Assembly: GCA_964016885.1 (NCBI GenBank)
Contig: CAXHJY010000096.1
Coordinates: 1,240,001-1,304,000 of the forward strand
Direction: 5' to 3'
Source of the DNA: Eledone cirrhosa
Lineage: Eukaryota
DNA: 64,000 nucleotides
In this document: one piece after another, positions 34,501 through 48,800 of the stretch
Layout: the number at the start of each line of letters is the position of its first letter
Numbering within the stretch: position 1 is the stretch's first letter
Notes under the pieces: model-generated
What the model was told of the DNA's origin: nothing
Databases searched by the model: none
What the model saw: the letters and a program-made list of their open reading frames with translations, nothing else
Position numbers and translations under genes: made by a program

Positions 34501-37500
34501 TCCTTCCAAGGGGATATAATTTCCAGCCGTCCAAGGGGAGATAATTTCCATCCTTCCAAGGGGATATAATTTCCAGCCGTCCAAGGGGAGATAATTTTCA
34601 GCCGTCCAAGGAGAGGTAATTTCTAGCCGTCCAAGGAGAGATAATTTCCAGCCGTCCAAGGGGAGATAATTTCCAGCCGTCCAAGGGGAGATAATTTCCA
34701 GCCGTCCAAGGAGACATATTTTCCAGCCGTCCAAGGAGAGGTAATTCCTAGCCGTCCAAGGGGAGATAATTTCCAGCCTCCAAGGGGAGATAATTTCCAG
34801 CCAGCCAAGGGGAGATAATTTGTAAAAAAAATCAGGGGGAGATAATTTGTAAAAAAAATCAGGGGGAGATAATTTGTAAAAAAAAATCAGGGGTAGATAA
34901 TTTGTAAAAAATAATCAGGGGGAGATAATTTGTAAAAAAAATCAAGGGGAGATAATTTCCAGCCGTCCAAGGGGAGATAATTTTCAGCCGTCCAAGGGGA
35001 GATAATTTCCCGCCAGCCAAGGGAAGATAATATTTAAAAAAATTAGGCGGAGATAATTTGTAAAAAAAATCAGGGGGAGATAATTTGTAAAAAAATCAGG
35101 GGGAGATAATTTGTAAAAAAAATCAGGGGGAGATAATTTGTAAAAAAAATCAGGGGGAGATAATTTGTAAAAAAAAATCAGGGGGAGATAATTTGTAAAA
35201 AAAATCAAGGGGAGATAATTTCCAGCCGTCCAAGGGAAGATAATTTCCAGCCCTCCAAGGGGCTATAATTTCCAGCGTCCAAGGGGAGATAATTTCCAGC
35301 CAGCGAAGGGGAGATAATTTTTTTTAAAAAATCATTGGGAGATTTGTAAAAAAAATCAGGGGGAGATAATTTGTAAAAAAAATCAAGGGGAGATAATTTC
35401 CAGCCGTCCAAGGGGAGGTAATATCTAGCCGTCCAAGGGGAGATAATTTCCAGCCGTCCAAGGGGAGATAATTTCCAGCCGTCCAAGGGTAGATAATATC
35501 CAGCCGTCCAAGGACATATTTTCCAGCCGTCCAAGGAGAGGTAATTTCTAGCCGTCCAAGGGGAGATAAATTCCAGCCTCCAAGGTGAGATAATTTCCAG
35601 CCAGCCAAGGGGAGATAATTTGTAAAAAAATCAGGGGGAGATAATTTGTAAAAAAAAATCAGGGGGAGATAATTTGTAAAAAAAAATCAGGGGGAGATAA
35701 TTTGTAAAAAAAAATCAGGGGGAGATAATTTGTAAAAAAATCAAGGGGAGATAATTTCCAGCCGTCCAAGGGGAGATAATTTTCAGCCGTCCAAGGGGAG
35801 ATAATTTCCCGCCAGCCAAGGGAAGATAATATTTGAAAAAATCAGGCGGAGATAATTTGTAAAAAAAATCATGGGGAGATAATTTGTAAAAAAATCAGGG
35901 GGAGATAATTTGTAAAAAAAAAATCAGGGGGAGATAATTTGTAAAAAGAATCAGGGGGAGATAATTTGTAAAAAAAAATCAGGGGTAGATAAATTGTAAA
36001 AAAAAATCAGGGGGAGATAATTTGTAAAAAAAATCAGGGGGAGATAATTTGTAAAAAAAATGAAAGGGGAGATAATATCCAGCCGTCCAAGGGGAGATAA
36101 TTTCCAGCCGTCCAAGGGGAGATAATTTCCAGCCGTCCAAGGGGAGATAATTTCCATCCTTCCAAGGGGATATAATTTCCAGCCGTCCAAGGGGAGATAA
36201 TTTCCCGCCAGCCAAGGGAAGATAATTTTTAAAAAAATCAGGCGGAGATTGTAAAAAAAATCAGGGGGGAGATAATTTGTAAAAAAATCAGGGGGAGATA
36301 ATTTGTAAAAAAAAATCAGGGGGAGATAATTTGTAAAAAATAATCAGGGGGAGATAATTTGTAAAAAAAAATCAAGGGGAGATAATTTCCAGCCGTCCAA
36401 GGGGAGATAATTTCCCGCCAGCCAAGGGAAGATAATATTTAAAAAAATTAGGCGGAGATAATTTGTAAAAAAAATCAGGGGGAGATAATTTGTAAAAAAA
36501 TCAGGGGGAGATAATTTGTAAAAAAAATCAGGGGGAGATAATTTGTAAAAAAATTCATGGGGAGATAATTTGTAAAAAAAAATCAGGGGTAGATAATTTG
36601 TAAAAAAAAATCAGGGGGAGATAATTTGTAAAAAAAAAATCAGGGGTAGATAATTTGTAAAAAAAATCAAGGGGAGATAATTTCCAGCCGTCCAAGGGGA
36701 GATAATTTTCAGCCGTCCAAGGAGAGGTAATTTCTAGCCGTCCAAGGGGAGATAATTTCCAGCCGTCCAAGGGGAGGTAATTTCCAGCCGTCCAAGGGGA
36801 GATAATTTTAAAAAAAAAATCAGGCGGAGATAATTTGTAAAAAAAATCAAGGGGAGATAATTTGCAGCCGTCCAAGGGGAGATAATTTTCAGTCGTCCAA
36901 GGAGAGGTAATTTCTAGCCGTCCAAGGGGAGATAATTGCCAGCCGTCCAAGGGGAGATAATTTCCAGCCGTCCAAGGGGAGATAATTTTTTTTAAAAAAT
37001 CAGGCGGAGATAATTTGTAAAAAAAATCAGGGGGAGATAATTTGTAAACAAAATCAGGGGGAGATAATTTGTAAAAAAAAATCAGGGGGAGATAATTTGT
37101 AAAAAAAATCATGGAGAGATAATTTCCAGCCGTCCAAGGTGAGATAATTTCCAGCCGTCCAAGGAGACATATTTTCCAGCCGTCCAAGGCGAGGTAATTT
37201 CTAGCCGTCCAAGGGGAGATAAATTCCAGCCTCCAAGGGGAGATAATTTCCAGCCAGCCAAGTGGAGATAATTTGTAAAAAAATCAGGGGGAGATAATTT
37301 GTAAAAAATATCAGGGAGATAATTTGTAAAAAAAAATCAGGGGGAGATAATTTGTAAAAAAAATCAGGGGGAGATAATTTGTAAAAAAAAATCAGGGGGA
37401 GATAATTTGTAAAAAAAATCAAGGGGAGATAATTTCCAGCCGTCCAAGGGGAGATAATTTTCAGCCGTCCAAGGGGAGATAATTTCCCGCCAGCCAAGGG

Positions 37501-38896
37501 AAGATAATATTTAAAAAAATCAGGCGGAGATAATTTGTAAAAAAAATCAGGGGGAGATAATTTGTAAAAAAATCAGGGGGAGATAATTTGTAAAAAAAAA
37601 ATCAGGGGGAGATAATTTGTAAAAAAAATCAGGGGGAGATAATTTGTAAAAAAAAATCAGGGATAGATAATTTGTAAACAAAAATCAGGGGGAGATAATT
37701 TGTAAAAAAAAATCAGGGGGAGATAATTTGTAAAAAAAATGAAAGGGGAGATAATATCCAGCCGTCCAAGGGGAGATAATTTCCAGCCGTCCAAGGGGAT
37801 ATAATTTCCAGCCGTCCAAGGGGAGATAATTTCCATCCTTCCAAGGGGATATAATTTCCAGCCGTCCAAGGGGAGATAATTTCCCGCCAGCCAAGGGAAG
37901 ATAATTTTTAAAAAAATCAGGCGGCGATTGTAAAAAAAATCAGGGGGGAGATAATTTGTAAAAAAATCAGGGGGAGATAATTTGTAAAAAATAATCAGCG
38001 GGAGATAATTTGTAAAAAAATTCAAGGGGAGATAATTTCCAGCCGTCCAAGGGGAGATAATTTCCCGCCAGCCAAGGGAAGATAATATTTAAAAAAATTA
38101 GGCGGAGATAATTTGTAAAAAAAATCAGGGGGAGATAATTTGTAAAAAAATCAGGGGGAGATAATTTGTAAAAAAAATCAGGGGGAGATAATTTGTAAAA
38201 AAAATCATGGGGAGATAATTTGTAAAAAAAAATCAGGGGTAGATAATTTGTAAAAAAAAATCAGGGGGAGATAATTTGTAAAAAAAAATCAGGGGGAGAT
38301 AATTTGTAAAAAAAATCAAGGGGAGATAATATCCAGCCGTCCAAGGAGAGATAATTTAAAAAAAAAATGAGGCGGAGATAATTTGTAAAAAAAAAATCAG
38401 GGGGAGTTAATTTGTAAAAAAAAATGAGGGGGAGATAATTTGTAAAAAAAATCAAGGGGAGATAATTTCCAGCCGTCCAAGGGGAGATAATTTTCAGCCG
38501 TCCAAGGAGAGGTAATTTCTAGCCGTCCAAGGGGAGATAATTTCCAGCCGTCCAAGGGGAGGTAATTTCCAGCCGTCCAAGGGGAGATAATTTTAAAAAA
38601 AAAATCAGGCGGAGATAATTTGTAAAAAAAATCAAGGGGAGATAATTTGCAGCCGTCCAAGGGGAGATAATTTTCAGTCGTCCAAGGAGAGGTAATTTCT
38701 AGCCGTCCAAGGGGAGATAATTTCCAGCCGTCCAAGGGGAGATAATTTCCAGCCGTCCAAGGGGAGATAATTTTTTTTAAAAAATCAGGCGGAGATAATT
38801 TGTAAAAAAAATCAGGGGGAGATAATTTGTAAACAAAATCAGGGGGAGATAATTTGTAAAAAAAAATCAGGGGGAGATAATTTGTAAAAAAAATTA
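28570..38896 (+). repeat. Expanded HOR unit, 10327 bp (~7.0 kb plus a ~3.3 kb internal partial duplication)
   Basis: Marker at 28570 and 38897. The internal blocks repeat at +3333 (30989/34322, 31651/34984, 31872/35205), with a hybrid monomer at ~33151-33185. Confidence 0.88.
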
Positions 38897-41800
38897 GGCG
38901 TAGATAATTTGTAAAAAAAAATCAGGGGGAGATAATTTGTAAAAAAAAATCAGGGGGAGATAATTTGTTTAAAAAATCAAGGGGAGATAATTTGCAGCCG
39001 TCCAAGGGGAGATAATTTTCAGCCGTCCAAGGAGAGGTAATTTCTAGCCGTTCAAGGGGAGATAATTTCCAGCCGTCCAAGGGGAGATAATTTCCAGCCG
39101 TCCAAGGGGAGATAATTTTTTTTTAAAAATCAGGCGGAGATAATTTGTAAAAAAAAATCAGGGGGAGATAATTCGTAAAAAAAAATCAGGGGGAGATAAT
39201 TTGTAAAAAAAAATCAGGGGGAGATAATTTGTAAAAAAAATCAAGGGGAGATAATTTCCAGCCGTCCAAGGGGAGGTAATATCTAGCCGTCCAAGGGGAG
39301 ATAATTTCCAGCCGTCCAAGGGGAGATAATTTCCAGCCGTCCAAGGGGAGATAATTTCCAGCCGTCCAAGGAGACATATTTTCCAGCCGTCCAAGGCGAG
39401 GTAATTTCTAGCCGTCCAAGGGGAGATTAATTCCAGCCTCCAAGGGGAGATAATTTCCAGCCAGCCAAGGGGAGATAATTTGTAAAAAAATCAGGGGGAG
39501 ATAATTTGTAAAAAATATCAGGGAGATAATTTGTAAAAAAAAATCAGGGGGAGATAATTTGTAAAAAAAATCAGGGGGAGATAATTTGTAAAAAAAAATC
39601 AGGGGGAGATAATTTGTAAAAAAAATCAAGGGGAGATAATTTCCAGCCGTCCAAGGGGAGATAATTTTCAGCCGTCCAAGGAGAGGTAATTTCTAACCGT
39701 CCGAGGAGAGATAATTTCCAGCCGTCCAAGGGGAGATAATTTCCAGCCGTCCAAGGGGAGATAATTTCCAGCCGTCCAAGGAGACATATTTTCCAGCCGT
39801 CCAAGGAGAGGTAATTTCTAGCCGTCCAAGGGGAGATAAATTCCAGCCTCCAAGGGGAGATAATTTCCAGCCAGCCAAGGGGAGATAATTTGTAAAAAAA
39901 TCAGGGGGAGATAATTTGCAAAAAAAATCAGGGGGAGATAATTTGTAAAAAAAATCAGGGGGAGATAATTTGTAAAAAATAATCAGGGGGAGATAATTTC
40001 CAGCCGTCCAAGGGAAGATAATTTCCAGCCCTCCAAGGGGCTATAATTTCCAGTGTCCAAGGGGAGATAATTTCCAGCCAGCGAAGGGGAGATAATTTTT
40101 TTTAAAAAATCATTGGGAGATTTGTAAAAAAAATCAGGGGGAGATAATTTGTAAAAAAATCAAGGGGAGATAATTTCCAGCCGTCCAAGGGGAGGTAATA
40201 TCTAGCCGTCCAAGGGTAGATAATTTCCAGCCGTCCAACGGGAGATAATTTCCAGCCGTCCAAGGGTAGATAATATCCAGCCGCCCAAGGACATATTTTC
40301 CAGCCATCCAAGGAGAGGTAATTTCTAGCCGTCCAAGGGGAGATAATTTCCAGCCGTCCAAGGGTAGATAATATCCAGCCGTCCAAGGACATATTTTCCA
40401 GCCGTCCAAGGAGAGGTAATTTCTAGCCGTCCAAGGGGAGATAAATTCCAGCCTCCAAGGGGAGATAATTTCCAGCCAGCCAAGGGGAGATAATTTGTAA
40501 AAAAATCAGGGGGAGATAATTTGTAAAAAAAATCAGGGGGAGATAATTTGTAAAAAAAAATCAGGGGGAGATAATTTGTAAAAAAAAATCAGGGTGAGAT
40601 AATTTGCAAAAAAAATCAGGGGGAGATAATTTGTAAAAGAAAATCAGGGGTAGATAATTTGTAAAAAAAAATCAGGGGGAGATAATTTGTAAAAAAAAAT
40701 CAGGGGGAGATAATTTGTAAAAAAAATCAAGGGGAGATAATTTCCAGCCGTCCAAGGAGAGATAATTTTAAAAAAAATCAGGCGGAGATAATTTGTAAAA
40801 AAAAATCAGGGGGAGATAATTTGTAAAAAAAATCAGGGGGAGATAATTTGTAAAAAAAAATCAGGGGTAGATAATTTGTAAAAAAAAATCAGGGGGAGAT
40901 AATTTGTAAAAAAAAATCAGGAGGAGATAATTTGTAAAAAAAATCAAGGGGAGATAATTTCCAGCCGTCCAAGGAGAGATAATTTAAAAAAAAATCAGGC
41001 GGAGATAATTTGTAAAAAAAAATCAGGGGGAGATAATTTGTAAAAAAAAATCAGGGGGAGATAATTTGTAAAAAAAATCAAGGGGAGATAATTTCCAGCC
41101 GTCCAAGGGGAGATAATTTTCAGCCGTCCAAGGGGAGATAATTTCCCGCCAGCCAAGGGAAGATAATATTCAAAAAAATCAGGCGGAGATAATTTGTAAA
41201 AAAAATCAGGGGGAGATAATTTGTAAAAAAATCAGGGGGAGATAATTTGTAAAAAAAAAATCAGGGGGAGATAATTTGTAAAAAAAATCAGGGGGAGATA
41301 ATTTGTAAAAAAAATCAGGGGTAGATAATTTGTAAAAAAAAATCAGGGGGAGATAATTTGTAAAAAAAAATCAGGGGGAGATAATTTGTAAAAAAAATGA
41401 AAGGGGAGATAATATCCAGCCGTCCAAGGGGAGATAATTTCCAGCCGTCCAAGGGGAGATAATTTCCAGCCGTCCAAGGGGAGATAATTTCCATCCTTCC
41501 AAGGGGATATAATTTCCAGCCGTCCAAGGGGAGATAATTTCCATCCTTCCAAGGGGATATAATTTCCAGCCGTCCAAGGGGAGATAATTTTCAGCCGTCC
41601 AAGGAGAGGTAATTTCTAGCCGTCCAAGGAGAGATAATTTCCAGCCGTCCAAGGGGAGATAATTTCCAGCCGTCCAAGGGGAGATAATTTCCAGCCGTCC
41701 AAGGAGACATATTTTCCAGCCGTCCAAGGAGAGGTAATTCCTAGCCGTCCAAGGGGAGATAAATTCCAGCCTCCAAGGGGAGATAATTTCCAGCCAGCCA

Positions 41801-44800
41801 AGGGGAGATAATTTGTAAAAAAATAGGGGGAGATAATTTGTAAAAAAAATCAGGGGGAGATAATTTGTAAAAAAAAATCAGGGGTAGATAATTTGTAAAA
41901 AATAATCAGGGGGAGATAATTTGTAAAAAAAATCAAGGGGAGATAATTTCCAGCCGTCCAAGGGGAGATAATTTTCAGCCGTCCAAGGGGAGATAATTTC
42001 CCGCCAGCCAAGGGAAGATATTTAAAAAAATTAGGCGGAGATAATTTGTAAAAAAAATCAGGGGGAGATAATTTGTAAAAAAATCAGGGGGAGATAATTT
42101 GTAAAAAAAATCAGGGGGAGATAATTTGTAAAAAAAATCAGGGGGAGATAATTTGTAAAAAAAAATCAGGGGGAGATAATTTGTAAAAAAAATCAAGGGG
42201 AGATAATTTCCAGCCGTCCAAGGGAAGATAATTTCCAGCCCTCCAAGGGGCTATAATTTCCAGCGTCCAAGGGGAGATAATTTCCAGCCAGCGAAGGGGA
42301 GATAATTTTTTTTAAAAAATCATTGGGAGATTTGTAAAAAAAATCAGGGGGAGATAATTTGTAAAAAAAATCAAGGGGAGATAATTTCCAGCCGTCCAAG
42401 GGGAGGTAATATCTAGCCGTCCAAGGGGAGATAATTTCCAGCCGTCCAAGGGGAGATAATTTCCAGCCGTCCAAGGGTAGATAATATCCAGCCGTCCAAG
42501 GACATATTTTCCAGCCGTCCAAGGAGAGGTAATTTCTAGCCGTCCAAGGGGAGATAAATTCCAGCCTCCAAGGTGAGATAATTTCCAGCCAGCCAAGGGG
42601 AGATAATTTGTAAAAAAATCAGGGGGAGATAATTTGTAAAAAAAAATCAGGGGGAGATAATTTGTAAAAAAAAATCAGGGGGAGATAATTTGTAAAAAAA
42701 AATCAGGGGCTGATAATTTGTAAAAAAATCAAGGGGAGATAATTTCCAGCCGTCCAAGGGGAGATAATTTTCAGCCGTCCAAGGGGAGATAATTTCCCGC
42801 CAGCCAAGGGAAGATAATATTTGAAAAAATCAGGCGGAGATAATTTGTAAAAAAAATCATGGGGAGATAATTTGTAAAAAAATCAGGGGGAGATAATTTG
42901 TAAAAAAAAAATCAGGGGGAGATAATTTGTAAAAAGAATTAGGGGGAGATAATTTGTAAAAAAAAATCAGGGGTAGATAAATTGTAAAAAAAAATCAGGG
43001 GGAGATAATTTGTAAAAAAAATCAGGGGGAGATAATTTGTAAAAAAAATGAAAGGGGAGATAATATCCAGCCGTCCAAGGGGAGATAATTTCCAGCCGTC
43101 CAAGGGGAGATAATTTCCAGCCGTCCAAGGGGAGATAATTTCCATCCTTCCAAGGGGATATAATTTCCAGCCGTCCAAGGGGAGATAATTTCCCGCCAGC
43201 CAAGGGAAGATAATTTTTAAAAAAATCAGGCGGAGATTGTAAAAAAAATCAGGGGGGAGATAATTTGTAAAAAAATCAGGGGGAGATAATTTGTAAAAAA
43301 AAATCAGGGGGAGATAATTTGTAAAAAATAATCAGGGGGAGATAATTTGTAAAAAAAATCAAGGGGAGATAATTTCCAGCCGTCCAAGGGGAGATAATTT
43401 CCCGCCAGCCAAGGGAAGATAATATTTAAAAAAATTAGGCGGAGATAATTTGTAAAAAAAATCAGGGGGAGATAATTTGTAAAAAAATCAGGGGGAGATA
43501 ATTTGTAAAAAAAATCAGGGGGAGATAATTTGTAAAAAAATTCATGGGGAGATAATTTGTAAAAAAAAATCAGGGGTAGATAATTTGTAAAAAAAAATCA
43601 GGGGGAGATAATTTGTAAAAAAAAATCAGGGGGAGATAATTTGTAAAAAAAATCAAGGGGAGATAATTTCCAGCCGTCCAAGGGGAGATAATTTTCAGCC
43701 GTCCAAGGAGAGGTAATTTCTAGCCGTCCAAGGGGAGATAATTTCCAGCCGTCCAAGGGGAGGTAATTTCCAGCCGTCCAAGGGGAGATAATTTAAAAAA
43801 AAAAATCAGGCGGAGATAATTTGTAAAAAAAATCAAGGGGAGATAATTTGCAGCCGTCCAAGGGGAGATAATTTTCAGTCGTCCAAGGAGAGGTAATTTC
43901 TAGCCGTCCAAGGGGAGATAATTGCCAGCCGTCCAAGGGGAGATAATTTCCAGCCGTCCAAGGGGAGATAATTTTTTTTTAAAAATCAGGCGGAGATAAT
44001 TTGTAAAAAAAATCAGGGGGAGATAATTTGTAAACAAAATCAGGGGGAGATAATTTGTAAAAAAAAATCAGGGGGAGATAATTTGTAAAAAAAATCATGG
44101 AGAGATAATTTCCAGCCGTCCAAGGTGAGATAATTTCCAGCCGTCCAAGGAGACATATTTTCCAGCCGTCCAAGGCGAGGTAATTTCTAGCCGTCCAAGG
44201 GGAGATAAATTCCAGCCTCCAAGGGGAGATAATTTCCAGCCAGCCAAGTGGAGATAATTTGTAAAAAAATCAGGGGGAGATAATTTGTAAAAAATATCAG
44301 GGAGATAATTTGTAAAAAAAAATCAGGGGGAGATAATTTGTAAAAAAAATCAGGGGGAGATAATTTGTAAAAAAAAATCAGGGGGAGATAATTTGTAAAA
44401 AAAATCAAGGGGAGATAATTTCCAGCCGTCCAAGGGGAGATAATTTTCAGCCGTCCAAGGGGAGATAATTTCCCGCCAGCCAAGGGAAGATAATATTTAA
44501 AAAAATCAGGCGGAGATAATTTGTAAAAAAAATCAGGGGGAGATAATTTGTAAAAAAATCAGGGGGAGATAATTTGTAAAAAAAAAATCAGGGGGAGATA
44601 ATTTGTAAAAAAAATCAGGGGGAGATAATTTGTAAAAAAAAATCAGGGGTAGATAATTTGTAAACAAAAATCAGGGGGAGATAATTTGTAAAAAAAAATC
44701 AGGGGGAGATAATTTGTAAAAAAAATGAAAGGGGAGATAATATCCAGCCGTCCAAGGGGAGATAATTTCCAGCCGTCCAAGGGGATATAATTTCCAGCCG

Positions 44801-45882
44801 TCCAAGGGGAGATAATTTCCATCCTTCCAAGGGGATATAATTTCCAGCCGTCCAAGGGGAGATAATTTCCCGCCAGCCAAGGGAAGATAATTTTTAAAAA
44901 AATCAGGCGGAGATTGTAAAAAAAATCAGGGGGGAGATAATTTGTAAAAAAATCAGGGGGAGATAATTTGTAAAAAATAATCAGGGGGAGATAATTTGTA
45001 AAAAAATTCAAGGGGAGATAATTTCCAGCCGTCCAAGGGGAGATAATTTCCCGCCAGCCAAGGGAAGATAATATTTAAAAAAATTAGGCGGAGATAATTT
45101 GTAAAAAAAATCAGGGGGAGATAATTTGTAAAAAAATCAGGGGGAGATAATTTGTAAAAAAAATCAGGGGGAGATAATTTGTAAAAAAAATCATGGGGAG
45201 ATAATTTGTAAAAAAAAATCAGGGGTAGATAATTTGTAAAAAAAAATCAGGGGGAGATAATTTGTAAAAAAAAATCAGGGGGAGATAATTTGTAAAAAAA
45301 ATCAAGGGGAGATAATATCCAGCCGTCCAAGGAGAGATAATTTTAAAAAAAAATGAGGCGGAGATAATTTGTAAAAAAAAAATCAGGGGGAGTTAATTTG
45401 TAAAAAAAAATGAGGGGGAGATAATTTGTAAAAAAAATCAAGGGGAGATAATTTCCAGCCGTCCAAGGGGAGATAATTTTCAGCCGTCCAAGGAGAGGTA
45501 ATTTCTAGCCGTCCAAGGGGAGATAATTTCCAGCCGTCCAAGGGGAGGTAATTTCCAGCCGTCCAAGGGGAGATAATTTTAAAAAAAAAATCAGGCGGAG
45601 ATAATTTGTAAAAAAAATCAAGGGGAGATAATTTGCAGCCGTCCAAGGGGAGATAATTTTCAGTCGTCCAAGGAGAGGTAATTTCTAGCCGTCCAAGGGG
45701 AGATAATTTCCAGCCGTCCAAGGGGAGATAATTTCCAGCCGTCCAAGGGGAGATAATTTTTTTTAAAAAATCAGGCGGAGATAATTTGTAAAAAAAATCA
45801 GGGGGAGATAATTTGTAAACAAAATCAGGGGGAGATAATTTGTAAAAAAAAATCAGGGGGAGATAATTTGTAAAAAAAATTA
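38897..45882 (+). repeat. HOR unit, 6986 bp
   Basis: Marker at 38897 and 45883. ORF offsets 39158/46144 and 37657/44643 are 6986. Confidence 0.9.
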
Positions 45883-48800
45883 GGCGTAGATAATTTGTAA
45901 AAAAAAATCAGGGGGAGATAATTTGTAAAAAAAAATCAGGGGGAGATAATTTGTTTAAAAAATCAAGGGGAGATAATTTGCAGCCGTCCAAGGGGAGATA
46001 ATTTTCAGCCGTCCAAGGAGAGGTAATTTCTAGCCGTTCAAGGGGAGATAATTTCCAGCCGTCCAAGGGGAGATAATTTCCAGCCGTCCAAGGGGAGATA
46101 ATTTTTTTTAAAAAATCAGGCGGAGATAATTTGTAAAAAAAAATCAGGGGGAGATAATTCGTAAAAAAAAATCAGGGGGAGATAATTTGTAAAAAAAAAT
46201 CAGGGGGAGATAATTTGTAAAAAAAATCAAGGGGAGATAATTTCCAGCCGTCCAAGGGGAGGTAATATCTAGCCGTCCAAGGGGAGATAATTTCCAGCCG
46301 TCCAAGGGGAGATAATTTCCAGCCGTCCAAGGGGAGATAATTTCCAGCCGTCCAAGGAGACATATTTTCCAGCCGTCCAAGGCGAGGTAATTTCTAGCCG
46401 TCCAAGGGGAGATTAATTCCAGCCTCCAAGGGGAGATAATTTCCAGCCAGCCAAGGGGAGATAATTTGTAAAAAAATCAGGGGGAGATAATTTGTAAAAA
46501 ATATCAGGGAGATAATTTGTAAAAAAAAATCAGGGGGAGATAATTTGTAAAAAAAATCAGGGGGAGATAATTTGTAAAAAAAAATCAGGGGGAGATAATT
46601 TGTAAAAAAAATCAAGGGGAGATAATTTCCAGCCGTCCAAGGGGAGATAATTTTCAGCCGTCCAAGGAGAGGTAATTTCTAACCGTCCGAGGAGAGATAA
46701 TTTCCAGCCGTCCAAGGGGAGATAATTTCCAGCCGTCCAAGGGGAGATAATTTCCAGCCGTCCAAGGAGACATATTTTCCAGCCGTCCAAGGAGAGGTAA
46801 TTTCTAGCCGTCCAAGGGGAGATAAATTCCAGCCTCCAAGGGGAGATAATTTCCAGCCAGCCAAGGGGAGATAATTTGTAAAAAAATCAGGGGGAGATAA
46901 TTTGCAAAAAAAATCAGGGGGAGATAATTTGTAAAAAAAATCAGGGGGAGATAATTTGTAAAAAATAATCAGGGGGAGATAATTTCCAGCCCTCCAAGGG
47001 GCTATAATTTCCAGTGTCCAAGGGGAGATAATTTCCAGCCAGCGAAGGGGAGATAATTTTTTTTTAAAAATCATTGGGAGATTTGTAAAAAAAATCAGGG
47101 GGAGATAATTTGTAAAAAAAATCAAGGGGAGATAATTTCCAGCCGTCCAAGGGGAGGTAATATCTAGCCGTCCAAGGGTAGATAATTTCCAGCCGTCCAA
47201 CGGGAGATAATTTCCAGCCGTCCAAGGGTAGATAATATCCAGCCGCCCAAGGACATATTTTCCAGCCGTCCAAGGAGAGGTAATTTCTAGCCGTCCAAGG
47301 GGAGATAATTTCCAGCCGTCCAAGGGTAGATAATATCCAGCCGTCCAAGGACATATTTTCCAGCCGTCCAAGGAGAGGTAATTTCTAGCCGTCCAAGGGG
47401 AGATAAATTCCAGCCTCCAAGGGGAGATAATTTCCAGCCAGCCAAGGGGAGATAATTTGTAAAAAAATCAGGGGGAGATAATTTGTAAAAAAAATCAGGG
47501 GGAGATAATTTGTAAAAAAAAATCAGGGGGAGATAATTTGTAAAAAAAAATCAGGGTGAGATAATTTGCAAAAAAAATCAGGGGGAGATAATTTGTAAAA
47601 AAAAATCAGGGGTAGATAATTTGTAAAAAAAAATCAGGGGGAGATAATTTGTAAAAAAAAATCAGGGGGAGATAATTTGTAAAAAAAATCAAGGGGAGAT
47701 AATTTCCAGCCGTCCAAGGAGAGATAATTTAAAAAAAAATCAGGCGGAGATAATTTGTAAAAAAAAATCAGGGGGAGATAATTTGTAAAAAAAATCAGGG
47801 GGAGATAATTTGTAAAAAAAAATCAGGGGTAGATAATTTGTAAAAAAAAATCAGGGGGAGATAATTTGTAAAAAAAAATCAGGAGGAGATAATTTGTAAA
47901 AAAAATCAAGGGGAGATAATTTCCAGCCGTCCAAGGAGAGATAATTTAAAAAAAAATCAGGCGGAGATAATTTGTAAAAAAAAATCAGGGGGAGATAATT
48001 TGTAAAAAAAAATCAGGGGGAGATAATTTGTAAAAAAAATCAAGGGGAGATAATTTCCAGCCGTCCAAGGGGAGATAATTTTCAGCCGTCCAAGGGGAGA
48101 TAATTTCCCGCCAGCCAAGGGAAGATAATATTCAAAAAAATCAGGCGGAAATAATTTGTAAAAAAAATCAGGGGGAGATAATTTGTAAAAAAATCAGGGG
48201 GAGATAATTTGTAAAAAAAAAAATCAGGGGGAGATAATTTGTAAAAAAAATCAGGGGGAGATAATTTGTAAAAAAAATCAGGGGTAGATAATTTGTAAAA
48301 AAAAATCAGGGGGAGATAATTTGTAAAAAAAAATCAGGGGGAGATAATTTGTAAAAAAAATGAAAGGGGAGATAATATCCAGCCGTCCAAGGGGAGATAA
48401 TTTCCAGCCGTCCAAGGGGAGATAATTTCCAGCCGTCCAAGGGGAGATAATTTCCATCCTTCCAAGGGGATATAATTTCCAGCCGTCCAAGGGGAGATAA
48501 TTTCCATCCTTCCAAGGGGATATAATTTCCAGCCGTCCAAGGGGAGATAATTTTCAGCCGTCCAAGGAGAGGTAATTTCTAGCCGTCCAAGGAGAGATAA
48601 TTTCCAGCCGTCCAAGGGGAGATAATTTCCAGCCGTCCAAGGGGAGATAATTTCCAGCCGTCCAAGGAGACATATTTTCCAGCCGTCCAAGGAGAGGTAA
48701 TTCCTAGCCGTCCAAGGGGAGATAAATTCCAGCCTCCAAGGGGAGATAATTTCCAGCCAGCCAAGGGGAGATAATTTGTAAAAAAAATCAGGGGGAGATA

